From: a bacterium
GTDB lineage: Bacteria; SAR324; NAC60-12
Reading direction: 5' to 3'
Length of the DNA stretch: 64,000 nt
NCBI GenBank assembly: GCA_965205865.1
Contig: CBDBHR010000030.1
Location: 128,001-192,000 of the forward strand
In this document: positions 52,378 to 62,744 of the stretch, in pieces
Layout of the letters: every line of letters starts with the position of its first letter
Numbering within the stretch: position 1 is the stretch's first letter
The notes under the pieces: generated by a model
Seen by the model: the letters and a program-made list of their open reading frames with translations, nothing else
Told to the model about the DNA's origin: nothing
Databases searched by the model: none
Translations under genes and position numbers: made by a program

Positions 52378-53619
52378 ATGCTCAATCCTGATGATGCAAA
52401 AAGAATAGTTTTAGAACACACTTCCTTGAAGACTCCTCTGTCGATGGGGTTGGAGGAATGTTTGGGTTTAATCCTTGCAGAAGATATCCAAGCAACCTCG
52501 TCTGTCCCTGCCTTTGACAATTCAGCCATGGACGGCTACGCCATGAGAACCGGAGATTTGGCTCATGCCAGTGAAATTTCTCCGGTACCCTTGAGAAAAA
52601 TTGATTTTATTGCTGCTGGAGATCATGGACTGCAACCTCTGCGACGGGGAGAGTGTTTCCAGATTGCCACTGGAGCAAAACTTCCGCCTGGAGCAGATAC
52701 AATAGTGATGAAAGAGCAAGTACGCATGGACGCGGATCGGATTTGGTTCACGCGTGCTCCTCAAAAAAGTCAGCATGTTCGTTTCAAAGGGGAAGATATT
52801 CCGGAAGGACAAATAGTACTTTCCCAAGGAGAGAGGATTGGTCCGTCACAGATCACTTTACTTGCTGCTTTCGGATATTCACGGGTATTGGTCCAACCCC
52901 CTCTGCAAGTTGTCGTTATTACAACAGGCAGCGAATTGATCGATGTGGACCAGCCTCTAGAGCCCGGAAAAATTCATGACGTGAACAGTTATATGCTCGC
53001 TGCTCTGGCTCGAGAAGAGCTATGTTTTGTGCACCGGGTCGGAATTGTGAAGGATGATCCGCGATTGATCTATGAAGTCGTCAATATTAACATCCAGGCA
53101 GACTTGATCCTCATTACAGGAGGCGTCTCTATGGGAGAACGGGATTTTGTCAAGGAAGCGCTCAAAGAAATCGGAACGGAGGAAATCTTTTGGAAAGTAC
53201 GCATTAAGCCAGGAAAACCTTTCTATTTTGCAGTCCGCCGACGCGGAAAAAGCGAAAAAACACTCGTTTTCGGCATGCCAGGAAATCCTGCTGCCGGTTA
53301 TGTCGTCTTTGAAGAATACACTCGCCCGTCCATCCGTAAGGCAATGGGACGTCGCCTGTTGGAAAACCCCCTTGTTTCTGCAACGCTGGATTTGGATATC
53401 ACGGAACAATCAGACCGCAGACAGTATATTCGAGCAAACTTGAGGAAAGATCATAATCAGTTTCATGTGGCGCCTTTGCCTGCGCAGGGATCCCATAGCC
53501 TTAGTTCTCTGGCCGGCGCAAATGCTCTGATTGTTGTTCCGGAAAACGAGGAAGTGCTTCCCAAAGGTTCCTCCGTGACAGTGCGCCCCTTGGTCCCTAT
53601 GTTGGGAATGGAAATATGA
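52378..53619 (+). CDS. moeA: Molybdopterin molybdenumtransferase
   Basis: FDNSAMDGYA, TGSEL, TGGVSMG, KPGKP, PGNP. Confidence 0.94.
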   Translation: MLNPDDAKRIVLEHTSLKTPLSMGLEECLGLILAEDIQATSSVPAFDNSAMDGYAMRTGDLAHASEISPVPLRKIDFIAAGDHGLQPLRRGECFQIATGAKLPPGADTIVMKEQVRMDADRIWFTRAPQKSQHVRFKGEDIPEGQIVLSQGERIGPSQITLLAAFGYSRVLVQPPLQVVVITTGSELIDVDQPLEPGKIHDVNSYMLAALAREELCFVHRVGIVKDDPRLIYEVVNINIQADLILITGGVSMGERDFVKEALKEIGTEEIFWKVRIKPGKPFYFAVRRRGKSEKTLVFGMPGNPAAGYVVFEEYTRPSIRKAMGRRLLENPLVSATLDLDITEQSDRRQYIRANLRKDHNQFHVAPLPAQGSHSLSSLAGANALIVVPENEEVLPKGSSVTVRPLVPMLGMEI

Positions 53620-54077
53620 CGCGATTCAGCCATCTCTCAGACGCCAATCTGCCAAAAATGGTGGATGTCTCAGCAAAGTCCGTTACGGAGCGGAGAGCCA
53701 TTGCAGTATCTCGTGTACGCCTTGGCGCGGAATTGGGTCGGATGCTGCAGGAAACCGGCAGTACTAAAAAAGGACCGGTTTTCCAAACAGCTGTCGTTGC
53801 AGGGATCCAGGCAGCTAAACGGACTTCCGAGTTGATTCCCATGTGCCACCAGTTGCCGCTTTCGAGTATCAAAATCAATATCTCCGTACATGGCGAGCAT
53901 GCCCTCATTGAAGCAGTGGTCAAAACAGCAGCAGTCACTGGAGTTGAAATGGAAGCCCTCACCGCTGCTTCTGTTACGGCTCTCACTTTGTATGACATGT
54001 GTAAATCGGTTTCTAAAAGCATGGTCATTGAAGCGACTTATTTGGTTGAAAAAACCGGGGGCAAGTCCGACCTTTAG
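53616..54077 (+). CDS. moaC: Cyclic pyranopterin monophosphate synthase
   Basis: MVDVSAK, LIPMCHQL, TGVEMEALT, YDMCK, KTGGKS. Confidence 0.95.
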   Translation: MTRFSHLSDANLPKMVDVSAKSVTERRAIAVSRVRLGAELGRMLQETGSTKKGPVFQTAVVAGIQAAKRTSELIPMCHQLPLSSIKINISVHGEHALIEAVVKTAAVTGVEMEALTAASVTALTLYDMCKSVSKSMVIEATYLVEKTGGKSDL

Positions 54078-54145
54078 ATCAGAGCGCCGCTGCCCGAACA
54101 CCCATTGAGCGAGGGGTCCATATTCCATGACATTCAGAAACAACC

Positions 54146-54847
54146 ATGAGCGAATTTTTGCAATTCACAGCAATGGAACAGGAGGCGTTATGGCTCTCAT
54201 TGAAAGTAGCATTCTGGTGTGTGGTAGCCAGCATAATACCTGGTCTCGCATGCAGCTGGGTGCTGGTACGTTGCCAATTTTATGGTAAAATTTTGATGGA
54301 AGTGGCGATTCATTTACCACTGGTGATGCCGCCCACCGCGACGGGATATGCGCTTCTCATACTTTTTGGAAAAAGAGGCATTCTCGGTCAGTGGCTGGAT
54401 AGCTTTTTTGGGATCAGCTTTTCTTTTTCTTGGAAGGGAGCGGTATTGGCTTCAATAGTGGTATCGTTTCCATTGCTGGTCCGTGCCTTGAGGATTTCAA
54501 TGGAAACCGTGGATAAGGGATTGGAAGATGTCGCCAAAACCCTTGGCGCAAACTCATTAAGAGTTTTCCTTACAGTCACGCTTCCCTTGATAGTTCCTGG
54601 GATTGTGAGTGGCATGCTGCTGACTTTTGCTCGCAGCCTGGGTGAATTTGGAGCAACGATCACCTTTGTCTCGAGTATCCGGGGAGAAACCATGACGTTG
54701 CCTCTAGCAATGTTCAATTTGCTTCAGCAACCTGACACCGAAAATGAGACCCTGCGCTTATTCCTGCTTTCAGTCCTTCTTTCCTTAGCGGCCCTGGCAG
54801 CCAGTGAGTATATGAATCGCTACATCAGGAAAATCCAAGAAACTTGA
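54146..54847 (+). CDS. modB: Molybdate ABC transporter permease
   Basis: LPLVMPP, FARSLGEFGAT, TLPL. Confidence 0.92.
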   Translation: MSEFLQFTAMEQEALWLSLKVAFWCVVASIIPGLACSWVLVRCQFYGKILMEVAIHLPLVMPPTATGYALLILFGKRGILGQWLDSFFGISFSFSWKGAVLASIVVSFPLLVRALRISMETVDKGLEDVAKTLGANSLRVFLTVTLPLIVPGIVSGMLLTFARSLGEFGATITFVSSIRGETMTLPLAMFNLLQQPDTENETLRLFLLSVLLSLAALAASEYMNRYIRKIQET

Positions 54848-54908
54848 AGACTCAACGCTCCAAATCGATTTCTCCGCTTCAACAGATATTTTTCTAAGAA
54901 TCCGTTTT

Positions 54909-56588
54909 TTATTTGAAGCCATACACTTCCAGATACCGGATCAAGCGATTGTTTTTGAGGATTTCGATCTCTCCCCATTGGAGGAACTCCCGTTGAAAAC
55001 GATCTTCAGCCAGCACGAGAACACGATCACAGCTTTGTATTCTGCATAAAATAACTCCCTGTTTGTCTCGTATATCTTCGAGGCGACTCCATTGATTTCG
55101 TTCTGGTTTTTCCAAACTATGAGGAGGAGGATGGTTTGGCAGAAAAAAGGAAACTGCGCTGCTCAACTGGTATTCTTCCGAAACAATAAAATCTACCGGA
55201 TAGGCCCCCTTCTTTTTCAGCAATGCCTTTAACTGATCGCCGGTCTCTTTCCAGGCTAACATGGGGATTATGCGATCATAATGCGGATGTGCTGCGATCT
55301 TCAGAATGCGTTCTTGATACTTCTCCAATTCCTCATTGGTTAGAACTTTCCGCAGACGGTTGAGAAAGGCATCTCTCTTTAAGGGAGTCGCATTTTTTAA
55401 AGTTTGCAATTTTTCAGTAATGTCTTGTGAAAATCCAAAGCGGGCGAAAGGGCGGTAGTCTTTGAACTGATATTGTGGAAATTCGATCAAGGGGGTTTTC
55501 ACATGCCAAAACACAAACAGCAAAATTACCAAGTTGAGCAAAAATCCCCCTCCTACCATGAGTTTGATGCTTCCGGATGATCGAGAAAATGAGTTTCCGC
55601 CGGGTACGTGATGAAGCTCCCATGCTTGGGACAAAGTTTTTCCTGACAACATCATGATCCCCAGATAGCTGACATTGACCCAGTGCGGGTCGGCAATAAC
55701 TCCTCGAAAACTCGCAAGGGAAAAGAAAAGCAAAGGGACTGCCGAAAGAACTACGATGATTGATTCGGGCTGTTTTGACTCGCTTGTCCACCCTGGAAGA
55801 AGCTTCTGTCGTTTCCGCCAAATCTGGTAGATACTCCAGCATGACCAAACGATCGAGAAGAGAAGCAGGTGACCTATGGTAAATAAGATGAAACTTTTTC
55901 CGGATGGTATCGCAGAAAGACCTCGACCGAATTGGAAGCGAAAGGAAATCCAGTCATTTTGAAAGTTCCAGACTAAAACTGGAATGAAAATCAGCAACGA
56001 AAGGAAGCCAGCAAAATATATCCAAGGATTTTTTAGATGATGGCGTTGATCCTTAAAGAGAAGCAGATGGAGCAATGCGCCGATATAAAATAAGATTGTG
56101 ACGTATTTGGAGAGTGCGCCCAAACCTGCGGTGATGCCAATCAAAATCAACCATCGGATTGCATGGGTTTTGTGGAAACGACAAAGAAAATAAAGATTGA
56201 ACAGCCAGAAAATGAGAAAGGGTTGGTCAATGTGCAAAAAAACGGACCCTATTAAAAAATATGGAGTGGACTCCAGCAAAATCAAATAAAAAACCGCCGT
56301 TCGCACTCCAAAAAGCCGGTAACAAATCCCATAACTCAATGCCAGAATCAGAAGATTGTAAAATTGAGCTGCGAACTCCAGTGCGGTTTCCGAATTTCCT
56401 GCAAACGTAGTGAAGAGTCGAATGGCCCAGGCCACCATCGGTGGGTGCTCATAGTAGGAAAGTGATAAATGCCGAGACCACACCCAATGATCCAGCATAT
56501 CCGGATGGGGAGTGATAAGATTATTGAGCAGGGAAAATAAAATCAGATGGCCGATCAGAATTACGATCGCTGTTGCGTGAATCCGCAT
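54909..56588 (-). CDS. ArnT/GT39-like membrane glycosyltransferase
   Basis: WSRHLSLSYYEHPP, LSKY, WN..NDWISF; multi-TM. Confidence 0.82.
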   Translation of the reverse strand: MRIHATAIVILIGHLILFSLLNNLITPHPDMLDHWVWSRHLSLSYYEHPPMVAWAIRLFTTFAGNSETALEFAAQFYNLLILALSYGICYRLFGVRTAVFYLILLESTPYFLIGSVFLHIDQPFLIFWLFNLYFLCRFHKTHAIRWLILIGITAGLGALSKYVTILFYIGALLHLLLFKDQRHHLKNPWIYFAGFLSLLIFIPVLVWNFQNDWISFRFQFGRGLSAIPSGKSFILFTIGHLLLFSIVWSCWSIYQIWRKRQKLLPGWTSESKQPESIIVVLSAVPLLFFSLASFRGVIADPHWVNVSYLGIMMLSGKTLSQAWELHHVPGGNSFSRSSGSIKLMVGGGFLLNLVILLFVFWHVKTPLIEFPQYQFKDYRPFARFGFSQDITEKLQTLKNATPLKRDAFLNRLRKVLTNEELEKYQERILKIAAHPHYDRIIPMLAWKETGDQLKALLKKKGAYPVDFIVSEEYQLSSAVSFFLPNHPPPHSLEKPERNQWSRLEDIRDKQGVILCRIQSCDRVLVLAEDRFQREFLQWGEIEILKNNRLIRYLEVYGFK

Positions 56589-56600
56589 GAACAGGCAGGC

Positions 56601-57308
56601 TTAAAAGTAGTCGGGCAACTGTGAAGCAACATCGATTTCGTGGGAAGTACCATCTGATAAACGATAGCTTAAAGTGCGCGCATCAATCCAGGTAAGTTTG
56701 AGCGAAGCTTGGGTGTCCTGGATGACTTCACTTAATTTTATCGGCTCAATCTCACTTCTTTTCAGGACATGAATACGGAAATAATAAATGCGCTGCTCCA
56801 ACTCGACATCATCTTTTGAGATGACTTCTGAACGTTCAATATGATAATAAGCGATATGAGAGTGAGAAGGGGTCAAACCGGTTGCAGTTCTCAAATGAGA
56901 TGTGAGGCCGATAAGATCTTTTTGATAAATCCGGAAAATTTTTCGATTCCCTGGCATCCGGACTTCGTAAAATTCATTATCCACTCTTTTGATATTTGAT
57001 TTTTTTTCTTCCGAAAAGTCATAGACGTCCAGGGCAAGGACCTGTTGATGATCTGTATACAAATAAACCAAACTTCGAGTTTCCGGAATTTCATAGAACT
57101 TCAGGATTTGACGATCAGGAAAGGAAATCAATAGTTTGTTTTTGTAATAAAGCGAGTTCCCCAAACGGTTTTCCGGAAAAATCTGGTAGTCACCTAAATA
57201 AAGCACTCCTCTATGCTCAATATCCTGCTGAAATGTTTCTACAGCCGTTGTTTGCCAGGAAAACAAGAGTGTCAGATAAAAAAATCCGCTGCCGATCCAA
57301 AATTTCAT
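56601..57308 (-). CDS. Hypothetical exported protein
   Basis: 235-aa ORF with signal peptide, operonic between Pal-like and ArnT-like genes. Confidence 0.7.
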   Translation of the reverse strand: MKFWIGSGFFYLTLLFSWQTTAVETFQQDIEHRGVLYLGDYQIFPENRLGNSLYYKNKLLISFPDRQILKFYEIPETRSLVYLYTDHQQVLALDVYDFSEEKKSNIKRVDNEFYEVRMPGNRKIFRIYQKDLIGLTSHLRTATGLTPSHSHIAYYHIERSEVISKDDVELEQRIYYFRIHVLKRSEIEPIKLSEVIQDTQASLKLTWIDARTLSYRLSDGTSHEIDVASQLPDYF

Positions 57309-57426
57309 AGGTCTTTCATTGTTTTTACTAATTTTCTTGAAAATATTTTGTCAGCGCAAGATGAGTGCGCTCTATCACTCCCGATATTCTTCTCTCTCTT
57401 TGCGGTATCAGGAAAGGATTAGAATC

Positions 57427-58875
57427 TTAATACCTGACAAACTCGACACGTCTGTTTTTTTCAAAGCATTGCTCGTCCTTGCAATCGATCATGGCTGGAC
57501 GCTCTTCTCCGAAGCTTATAATAGAAAACCGTTTGGGATTAGCCCCCATTGCCATCAGAAATTTGAGGACCGAATAGCCACGCCGTTCTCCCAGAGCCAA
57601 ATTGTATTCGTTTGTACCTCTGTCATCGGCATGGGCTTCCAATTGAATTTTCACATGGGGATGTTTTTTGATCCATTCCATGTTTTCCATAAGGGCTACT
57701 TTGAAACGGTTCCGGATGCGGCTTTTGTCGAATTCAAAAAAAATCACATGCAACTCAAATATTACTTCCGCCATCGGCTCCGTACGCGCGGCTTCAACCA
57801 TCGCCTCTTCTTGGGCTTTTAGTTGTTGAGCTCTTGCTGACAGTTGTTGAGCCCTTTCAGTTTGTTGTTGCTCTTTTTCCAGTTGTTGTTGGGTTCTTTC
57901 GGCCATCTGTTGATCCATTTCTTGCTGTTGTCGCGCTTTTTCGACTAGCTGTTGCTCTTTTTCCAGTTGTTGTTGAGTTCTTTCGGCCATCTGTTGATCC
58001 ATTTCTTGCTGTTGTCGCGCTTTTTCGGCTAGCTGTTGCTCTTTTTCCAGTTGTTGTTGGGTTCTTTCGACCATCTGTTGATCCATTTCTTGCTGTTGTC
58101 GCGCTTTTTCGGCTTGTTGTTGCTCTTTTTCCAGTTGTTGTTGGGTTCTTTCGACCATCTGTTGATCCATTTCTTGCTGTTGTCGCGCTTTTTCGGCTAG
58201 CTGTTGCTCTTTTTCCATTTGTTGTCGCGCTTTTTCGGCTAGCTGTTGCTCCCTTTCCTGTTGTTGTCGCGCTCTTTCTACTTGTTGCTGCTCCCTTTCC
58301 TGTTGTTGCCGCAACAGTTCTATCTTTTCTTGAACCCTTTCCCGTTGTTGTCGCGCTTTTTCGGCTTGTTGTTGCTCTCTGTCTTTTTGTTGTTGGAAGC
58401 TCACTATGGATTCCTTCTGCGAATCTTCGATTTTAGAAGAAGTTTGCTCTTTAGTCTCTTCGGAATGCAATGTGACTTGATCACCTCTTGTTTGAGAAAC
58501 GGATGAATCGGCGGACGCTGCTCGAGAGGTTGCTAATGAATCAGACTTGGATCGAGAGCCCTCTGAAGTGCTGGATTCCACGGCAGTGGCTTCGGTATCA
58601 GCTTTCTTTGTTCCTGAAGAATCCGTTGAACTATGCGACGATTTTTCGTTTGCATCTTTGCCGGGGGTTTCACCCCGGCCCGCTCTTTCTTGCCCTTCTT
58701 TTGTTTCATCAACGATCTTCGTTTGCTCTGAACGTTTTGTCGTTTGTTTCTCTTCGAGCGGTTTTGGAGTAAACATTGCCGTGAGGGTTTCACACCCCAT
58801 CAAGAAGAGTGAGAATCCCAATATCATTAAAATAATCAAACATTTATTTTTTATATTGCATCTCATAAACGACAC
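57427..58875 (-). CDS. Elongated Pal/OmpA-family peptidoglycan-binding lipoprotein
   Basis: Lipobox LMGC; C-terminal FEFDKS, HADDRGTNEYNLALGERR, SFGEERP, NRRVEF; central Q/E-rich repeats. Confidence 0.88.
   Translation of the reverse strand: MSFMRCNIKNKCLIILMILGFSLFLMGCETLTAMFTPKPLEEKQTTKRSEQTKIVDETKEGQERAGRGETPGKDANEKSSHSSTDSSGTKKADTEATAVESSTSEGSRSKSDSLATSRAASADSSVSQTRGDQVTLHSEETKEQTSSKIEDSQKESIVSFQQQKDREQQQAEKARQQRERVQEKIELLRQQQEREQQQVERARQQQEREQQLAEKARQQMEKEQQLAEKARQQQEMDQQMVERTQQQLEKEQQQAEKARQQQEMDQQMVERTQQQLEKEQQLAEKARQQQEMDQQMAERTQQQLEKEQQLVEKARQQQEMDQQMAERTQQQLEKEQQQTERAQQLSARAQQLKAQEEAMVEAARTEPMAEVIFELHVIFFEFDKSRIRNRFKVALMENMEWIKKHPHVKIQLEAHADDRGTNEYNLALGERRGYSVLKFLMAMGANPKRFSIISFGEERPAMIDCKDEQCFEKNRRVEFVRY
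57860..58395 (-). repeat. Coding tandem repeat: 42-bp units, with four 84-bp higher-order copies
   Basis: EMDQQM(V/A)ERTQQQLEKEQQ x4 with (L/Q)(A/V)EKARQQQ linkers, plus 14-aa variants; approximate bounds. Confidence 0.9.
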
Positions 58876-58886
58876 CAGCCATAGAG

Positions 58887-60284
58887 TTAATGGACCGGAC
58901 GGATTTGAATAGAATCCACACGCCCGGTTTCTACCCGCATGTCAGAAATGATGACCATTTGATCACCTTTTTGTACAATGTGGCGTTCTTTGAGTTCGTT
59001 GAAAGCATTCCCAATGGTTTGTTCCGGATCTTCGAACTCGATCAGGAAGGGATGGATTCCCCGAAAGAGGGTCATTAAGCGATACGTTTTGACATTATTA
59101 GTGAAAGCATAAGTAGGGAAACCGTATGTCCGGCAATTCGCCACGCATTCGGCAGTATTGCCGCTTTTTGTGATAACCAGGAGTCCTTTACATTTGAGCT
59201 GTCTGGTCAACTGTTCCGCCGATCGCGCAATTTGCTGTTTCTTGGAAGTGACGTTGAGTTCCCGGCGGGCAAAGAGAACACTTGGGAATGTTTCTGTTTT
59301 TTTAGCCATTTTGACCAGGTATTCTATGCATTTTAGAGGATAATTCCCGACGGATGTCTCACCGGACAACAAGAGAGCATCCGCGTCTTCGAAAACCGCA
59401 TTGGCTACGTCTGTCGCTTCGGCTCTTGTAGGAATGGGATTATCGATCATGGATTCCAACAAGTGTGTGGCCACGATAAATCGCTTACCATAACGTCCAC
59501 ACAAATAAGCAATGCGGCGTTGAATGTGAGGCAAATCTTCCAAGTCGACCTCCACTCCCAAATCTCCACGAGCTACCATGACTCCATCGGCTTCTTTCAG
59601 AATCTCTTCAAGACTTTCCACACCTTCTTGATTTTCGATTTTGGCAATAATCTGCAACTTCATGGATTTTTTTCCCAACAGTTCCTTCAATTCACGGATA
59701 TTTTTCGCTTTTCGAACAAAGGAGAGGGCGATGAAATCCACACCATTTGCAATGCCAAACAAAATATCTTCTTTGTCTTTCGAGGTAATTGCAGGAAGAT
59801 TTACAGGGACTCCTGGTAAATTGACATGTCGTCTTCCTTTGATATGTCCTCCATCAAGTACCCGACACTTCAATGAAGTTTCCTGCTTTTCCAGAACTTT
59901 CAGATTGATCAACCCGTTGTCGATCATGAGCCGGTCTCCGATATCCAAAGTATGGATCAAATCGGGATATCCGATAAATAGCGACTCTCGAGTCGGATCT
60001 TCTTCAGCTTCCACGGAAACTTCAATGATGTTCCCCTTTTCCAATTTAAAATCGGAATGACCTGTGCGAATTTCCGGTCCCTTCGTGTCCAGAAGTAAGC
60101 CAATAGGGAATTCGATCTTACGGTTGAGCTCATGAATATGGTTTATGGTCTTTGCATGGGATGAGTGATCACCATGAGACATATTGAAACGCGCAATGTT
60201 CATCCCGGCATTGTACATCTGATGTAGCATTTCATAAGATTCACTGACAGGACCAATTGTGCAAATAATTTTGGTGTTGATCAT
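58887..60284 (-). CDS. pyk: Pyruvate kinase
   Basis: TKIICTIGP, RFNMSHG, DTKGPEIR, AKIE, MVARGDLG, LSGET. Confidence 0.96.
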   Translation of the reverse strand: MINTKIICTIGPVSESYEMLHQMYNAGMNIARFNMSHGDHSSHAKTINHIHELNRKIEFPIGLLLDTKGPEIRTGHSDFKLEKGNIIEVSVEAEEDPTRESLFIGYPDLIHTLDIGDRLMIDNGLINLKVLEKQETSLKCRVLDGGHIKGRRHVNLPGVPVNLPAITSKDKEDILFGIANGVDFIALSFVRKAKNIRELKELLGKKSMKLQIIAKIENQEGVESLEEILKEADGVMVARGDLGVEVDLEDLPHIQRRIAYLCGRYGKRFIVATHLLESMIDNPIPTRAEATDVANAVFEDADALLLSGETSVGNYPLKCIEYLVKMAKKTETFPSVLFARRELNVTSKKQQIARSAEQLTRQLKCKGLLVITKSGNTAECVANCRTYGFPTYAFTNNVKTYRLMTLFRGIHPFLIEFEDPEQTIGNAFNELKERHIVQKGDQMVIISDMRVETGRVDSIQIRPVH

Positions 60285-60324
60285 AATTTAGTAAAGGAAA
60301 AAAACTCCGAATTTGAGAAAAAAA

Positions 60325-60876
60325 TTATTTCTTTTTCGCATAAAGGAGACGATTCACCAGCCTGGGAAAAATCAAGGCATGCAGCGTCCCAACGCCTCTT
60401 TGTAGTTGATTCCAATGGTTGATCTCAGCCGACACATGCGCCAGAGCACCGGTAGGTAAAAGCAAACCGCCATCAATGGCATTGAAGCAAAGCAGGGAAA
60501 TGAACTCCTCCAATACCGGATTGTGACCGACGACTACAACAGCGACATTTTTCTGGGGAATCTCCTTTAAAATCTCGATTAAAGTTGTGCTCGAAGCACC
60601 ATAGATTCCTGAATTGGTGATCACTTCCAAGTCAGCCTGGTAATCTTTCGAGGAGGAAAATTTCTTGAAGGACTCGGCAGTCATTTCCGCAGTATCCATA
60701 GCTCGTTTGGCAGTAGAAGTAAGAATCAGTGTAGGTGGATTTTCAAAAGCCGCAAGCGCCTGTCCCATCAGAGGAGCCGCTTTTACTCCTCGAGGCGACA
60801 GTGGACGGTCATGATCGGCCATTGAGATATTCCGCCAGGACGATTTTGCGTGCCGTAAAACATAAAGAGTCTTCAT
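60325..60876 (-). CDS. sixA: SixA-like phosphohistidine phosphatase
   Basis: LRHAKS, DHDRPL, RA..TA, VGHNP. Confidence 0.85.
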   Translation of the reverse strand: MKTLYVLRHAKSSWRNISMADHDRPLSPRGVKAAPLMGQALAAFENPPTLILTSTAKRAMDTAEMTAESFKKFSSSKDYQADLEVITNSGIYGASSTTLIEILKEIPQKNVAVVVVGHNPVLEEFISLLCFNAIDGGLLLPTGALAHVSAEINHWNQLQRGVGTLHALIFPRLVNRLLYAKKK

Positions 60877-60931
60877 GAATATTCCGTAGTCCCAAGTGGA
60901 CGGCTGAATGAAGTCAAAATTCAGGATCTGA

Positions 60932-61285
60932 TTATTCGGGTGACGCGTCCGTTTGTTCCAGGGTTTTCTGTGGTAAATCATCCACGGTTTTCTGCTCTTC
61001 AGCACCTTCCGAAATAGCACTAGGAGCTTGAATGTTTCGAACGACGGAATCAGCCGCTTTTTCTGAAGATAAATAAGCCAGGGTGAGAGAAATCACCATA
61101 AAAATGGCGCCCAAAACCGCTGTGACTTTGCTAATTCCCGACATGCTTCCGCGTACCGAATTGGCCTGACCGACACTTCCAAAAGCAGCGCCCAACTCAG
61201 CACCTCTTCCTCCTTGCAGCAAAACAATGAATACAAGAGCTAAGGCTACAACGACTTGAAAAAAAATGAGTATTCCAAATATCAT
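60932..61285 (-). CDS. secG: Preprotein translocase subunit SecG
   Basis: IVLLQ.GRGAELGAAFG; two TM helices; follows tpiA. Confidence 0.9.
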   Translation of the reverse strand: MIFGILIFFQVVVALALVFIVLLQGGRGAELGAAFGSVGQANSVRGSMSGISKVTAVLGAIFMVISLTLAYLSSEKAADSVVRNIQAPSAISEGAEEQKTVDDLPQKTLEQTDASPE

Positions 61286-61307
61286 ATTATTCCTTCCAAT
61301 TTTCTGA

Positions 61308-62126
61308 TTATGTCATGGACGATTGAATGATTTGGCTGAAATCTTCTGGTTTAAGACTGGCACCTCCCACCAGACTGCCATTAATTTCGGGCTGTTGTAG
61401 CAAAATGCTGGCATTTTTCGCATTCACGCTGCCTCCATAAAGGAGAGGAATCGCTTTGGCCGTCTCTTCAGTTGTCAATTCCTTCAAACTCTTTCGAATC
61501 ACAGTATGCATCTCGTTTGCTTGTTCAGCCGACGCCGTCTTGCCGGTGCCGATAGCCCATATAGGTTCGTAAGCAATCATGCACTGGCGCAGTTGAGTCA
61601 GTGGAATGCCGTCGATAATCCGCACCAATTGCCCAATGACCGTTTTTTCATGCAGATTTTTTTCACGCTGCTCCAAACTTTCTCCTATACAAATCACGGG
61701 ACGAATTTCATGTTCCATCAGGATTCTTGCTTTCTGTCGGATGAGAATATCGCTTTCTTCAAAATAAATACGTCGCTCCGAGTGTCCGATAATGCAGAAA
61801 CTGACACCACACTCCCGGAGCATTCCTGCCGAAATTTCTCCGGTGAAAGCTCCTGCAAGATGGGTGTGTACATTTTGAGCCCCAATCCCTATTTCTGCTT
61901 TTGCATTTGTTGCTTCGGCACAACACTCTTTCAACGAGCGGAGATATGGAAAAGGCGGGCAAATGACAACTTGGGGGCTGGTTGGATTAGACGTGGAAGA
62001 TGTCGATTGTTGGCATTGTCTTACTACCTTGAATGATTCTCGTATCCTCGAGATGATCTTTACCATAGCTTCGATCAGAGCCTCGTTGCCATTCATTTTC
62101 CAGTTGCCAACGATAAACTTTCTCAT
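61308..62126 (-). CDS. tpiA: Triosephosphate isomerase
   Basis: GNWKMN, GHSERR, AYEPIWAIGTG, YGGSV, LVGGAS. Confidence 0.96.
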   Translation of the reverse strand: MRKFIVGNWKMNGNEALIEAMVKIISRIRESFKVVRQCQQSTSSTSNPTSPQVVICPPFPYLRSLKECCAEATNAKAEIGIGAQNVHTHLAGAFTGEISAGMLRECGVSFCIIGHSERRIYFEESDILIRQKARILMEHEIRPVICIGESLEQREKNLHEKTVIGQLVRIIDGIPLTQLRQCMIAYEPIWAIGTGKTASAEQANEMHTVIRKSLKELTTEETAKAIPLLYGGSVNAKNASILLQQPEINGSLVGGASLKPEDFSQIIQSSMT

Positions 62127-62383
62127 GGCATTCTTTCTGATTTCAAGAAACAATTATCACATTGATTAACAATTAAAGATGATACAGGAAAGTTTAAAAG
62201 TCAATTCAATACAAGTATGTGAAAGATGAGAATCTTGGGCTTACCAATGCTGCATTTGGACAGTACCCGCCAAATTGACGAGGAGGAGAATGGCTTTTCT
62301 TTTTTTACTTGAATTGCAGGGCAATCTTTGAAATTTTAACCCATTGTTCCCATATCTTGCAAAACCTTTACAGGACGAGAAAA

Positions 62384-62656
62384 ATGGCTACGCCATCGTT
62401 GGAAAAGTACCGGAAAAAAATTGATGCGTTTGACAAAGAACTGATTAAGTTATTGAATCAACGGGCACAATTAAACCTGGAAATTGGAAAAATAAAAAAA
62501 CAGGTAAAACAGGATGTCTATGCTCCGGAGAGAGAGCAACAAATTTTTGAAAATCTATCCCAGCAGAATACAGGCCCCCTTTCCAATGAAGCCCTTCATC
62601 ATATTTTTCAGGAAATTCTCAAGGAAATGAAAAAAGTCCAACGAGAGATGAGTTGA
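62384..62656 (+). CDS. Monofunctional chorismate mutase (AroQ, type II)
   Basis: LEKYRKKID..D..LI.LLNQR...IG..K...VYAPERE. Confidence 0.85.
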   Translation: MATPSLEKYRKKIDAFDKELIKLLNQRAQLNLEIGKIKKQVKQDVYAPEREQQIFENLSQQNTGPLSNEALHHIFQEILKEMKKVQREMS

Positions 62657-62744
62657 TGTTCTCAATATTGACCGCAAGCAGAAAGAATTGTTGAATAGAT
62701 ATTGTCAATGATACCAAAAAAGTCGACTCTTTTTGGAGAAAGAC

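Noticed and set aside
57860-58395. Regular repeats that might be a CRISPR array
   Set aside because: Contiguous in-frame 42/84-bp coding repeats with no unique spacers and no cas genes.
57834-58436. 200-aa hydrophobic repeat ORF on the + strand
   Set aside because: Antisense shadow of the Q/E-rich repeats in the Pal-like gene.
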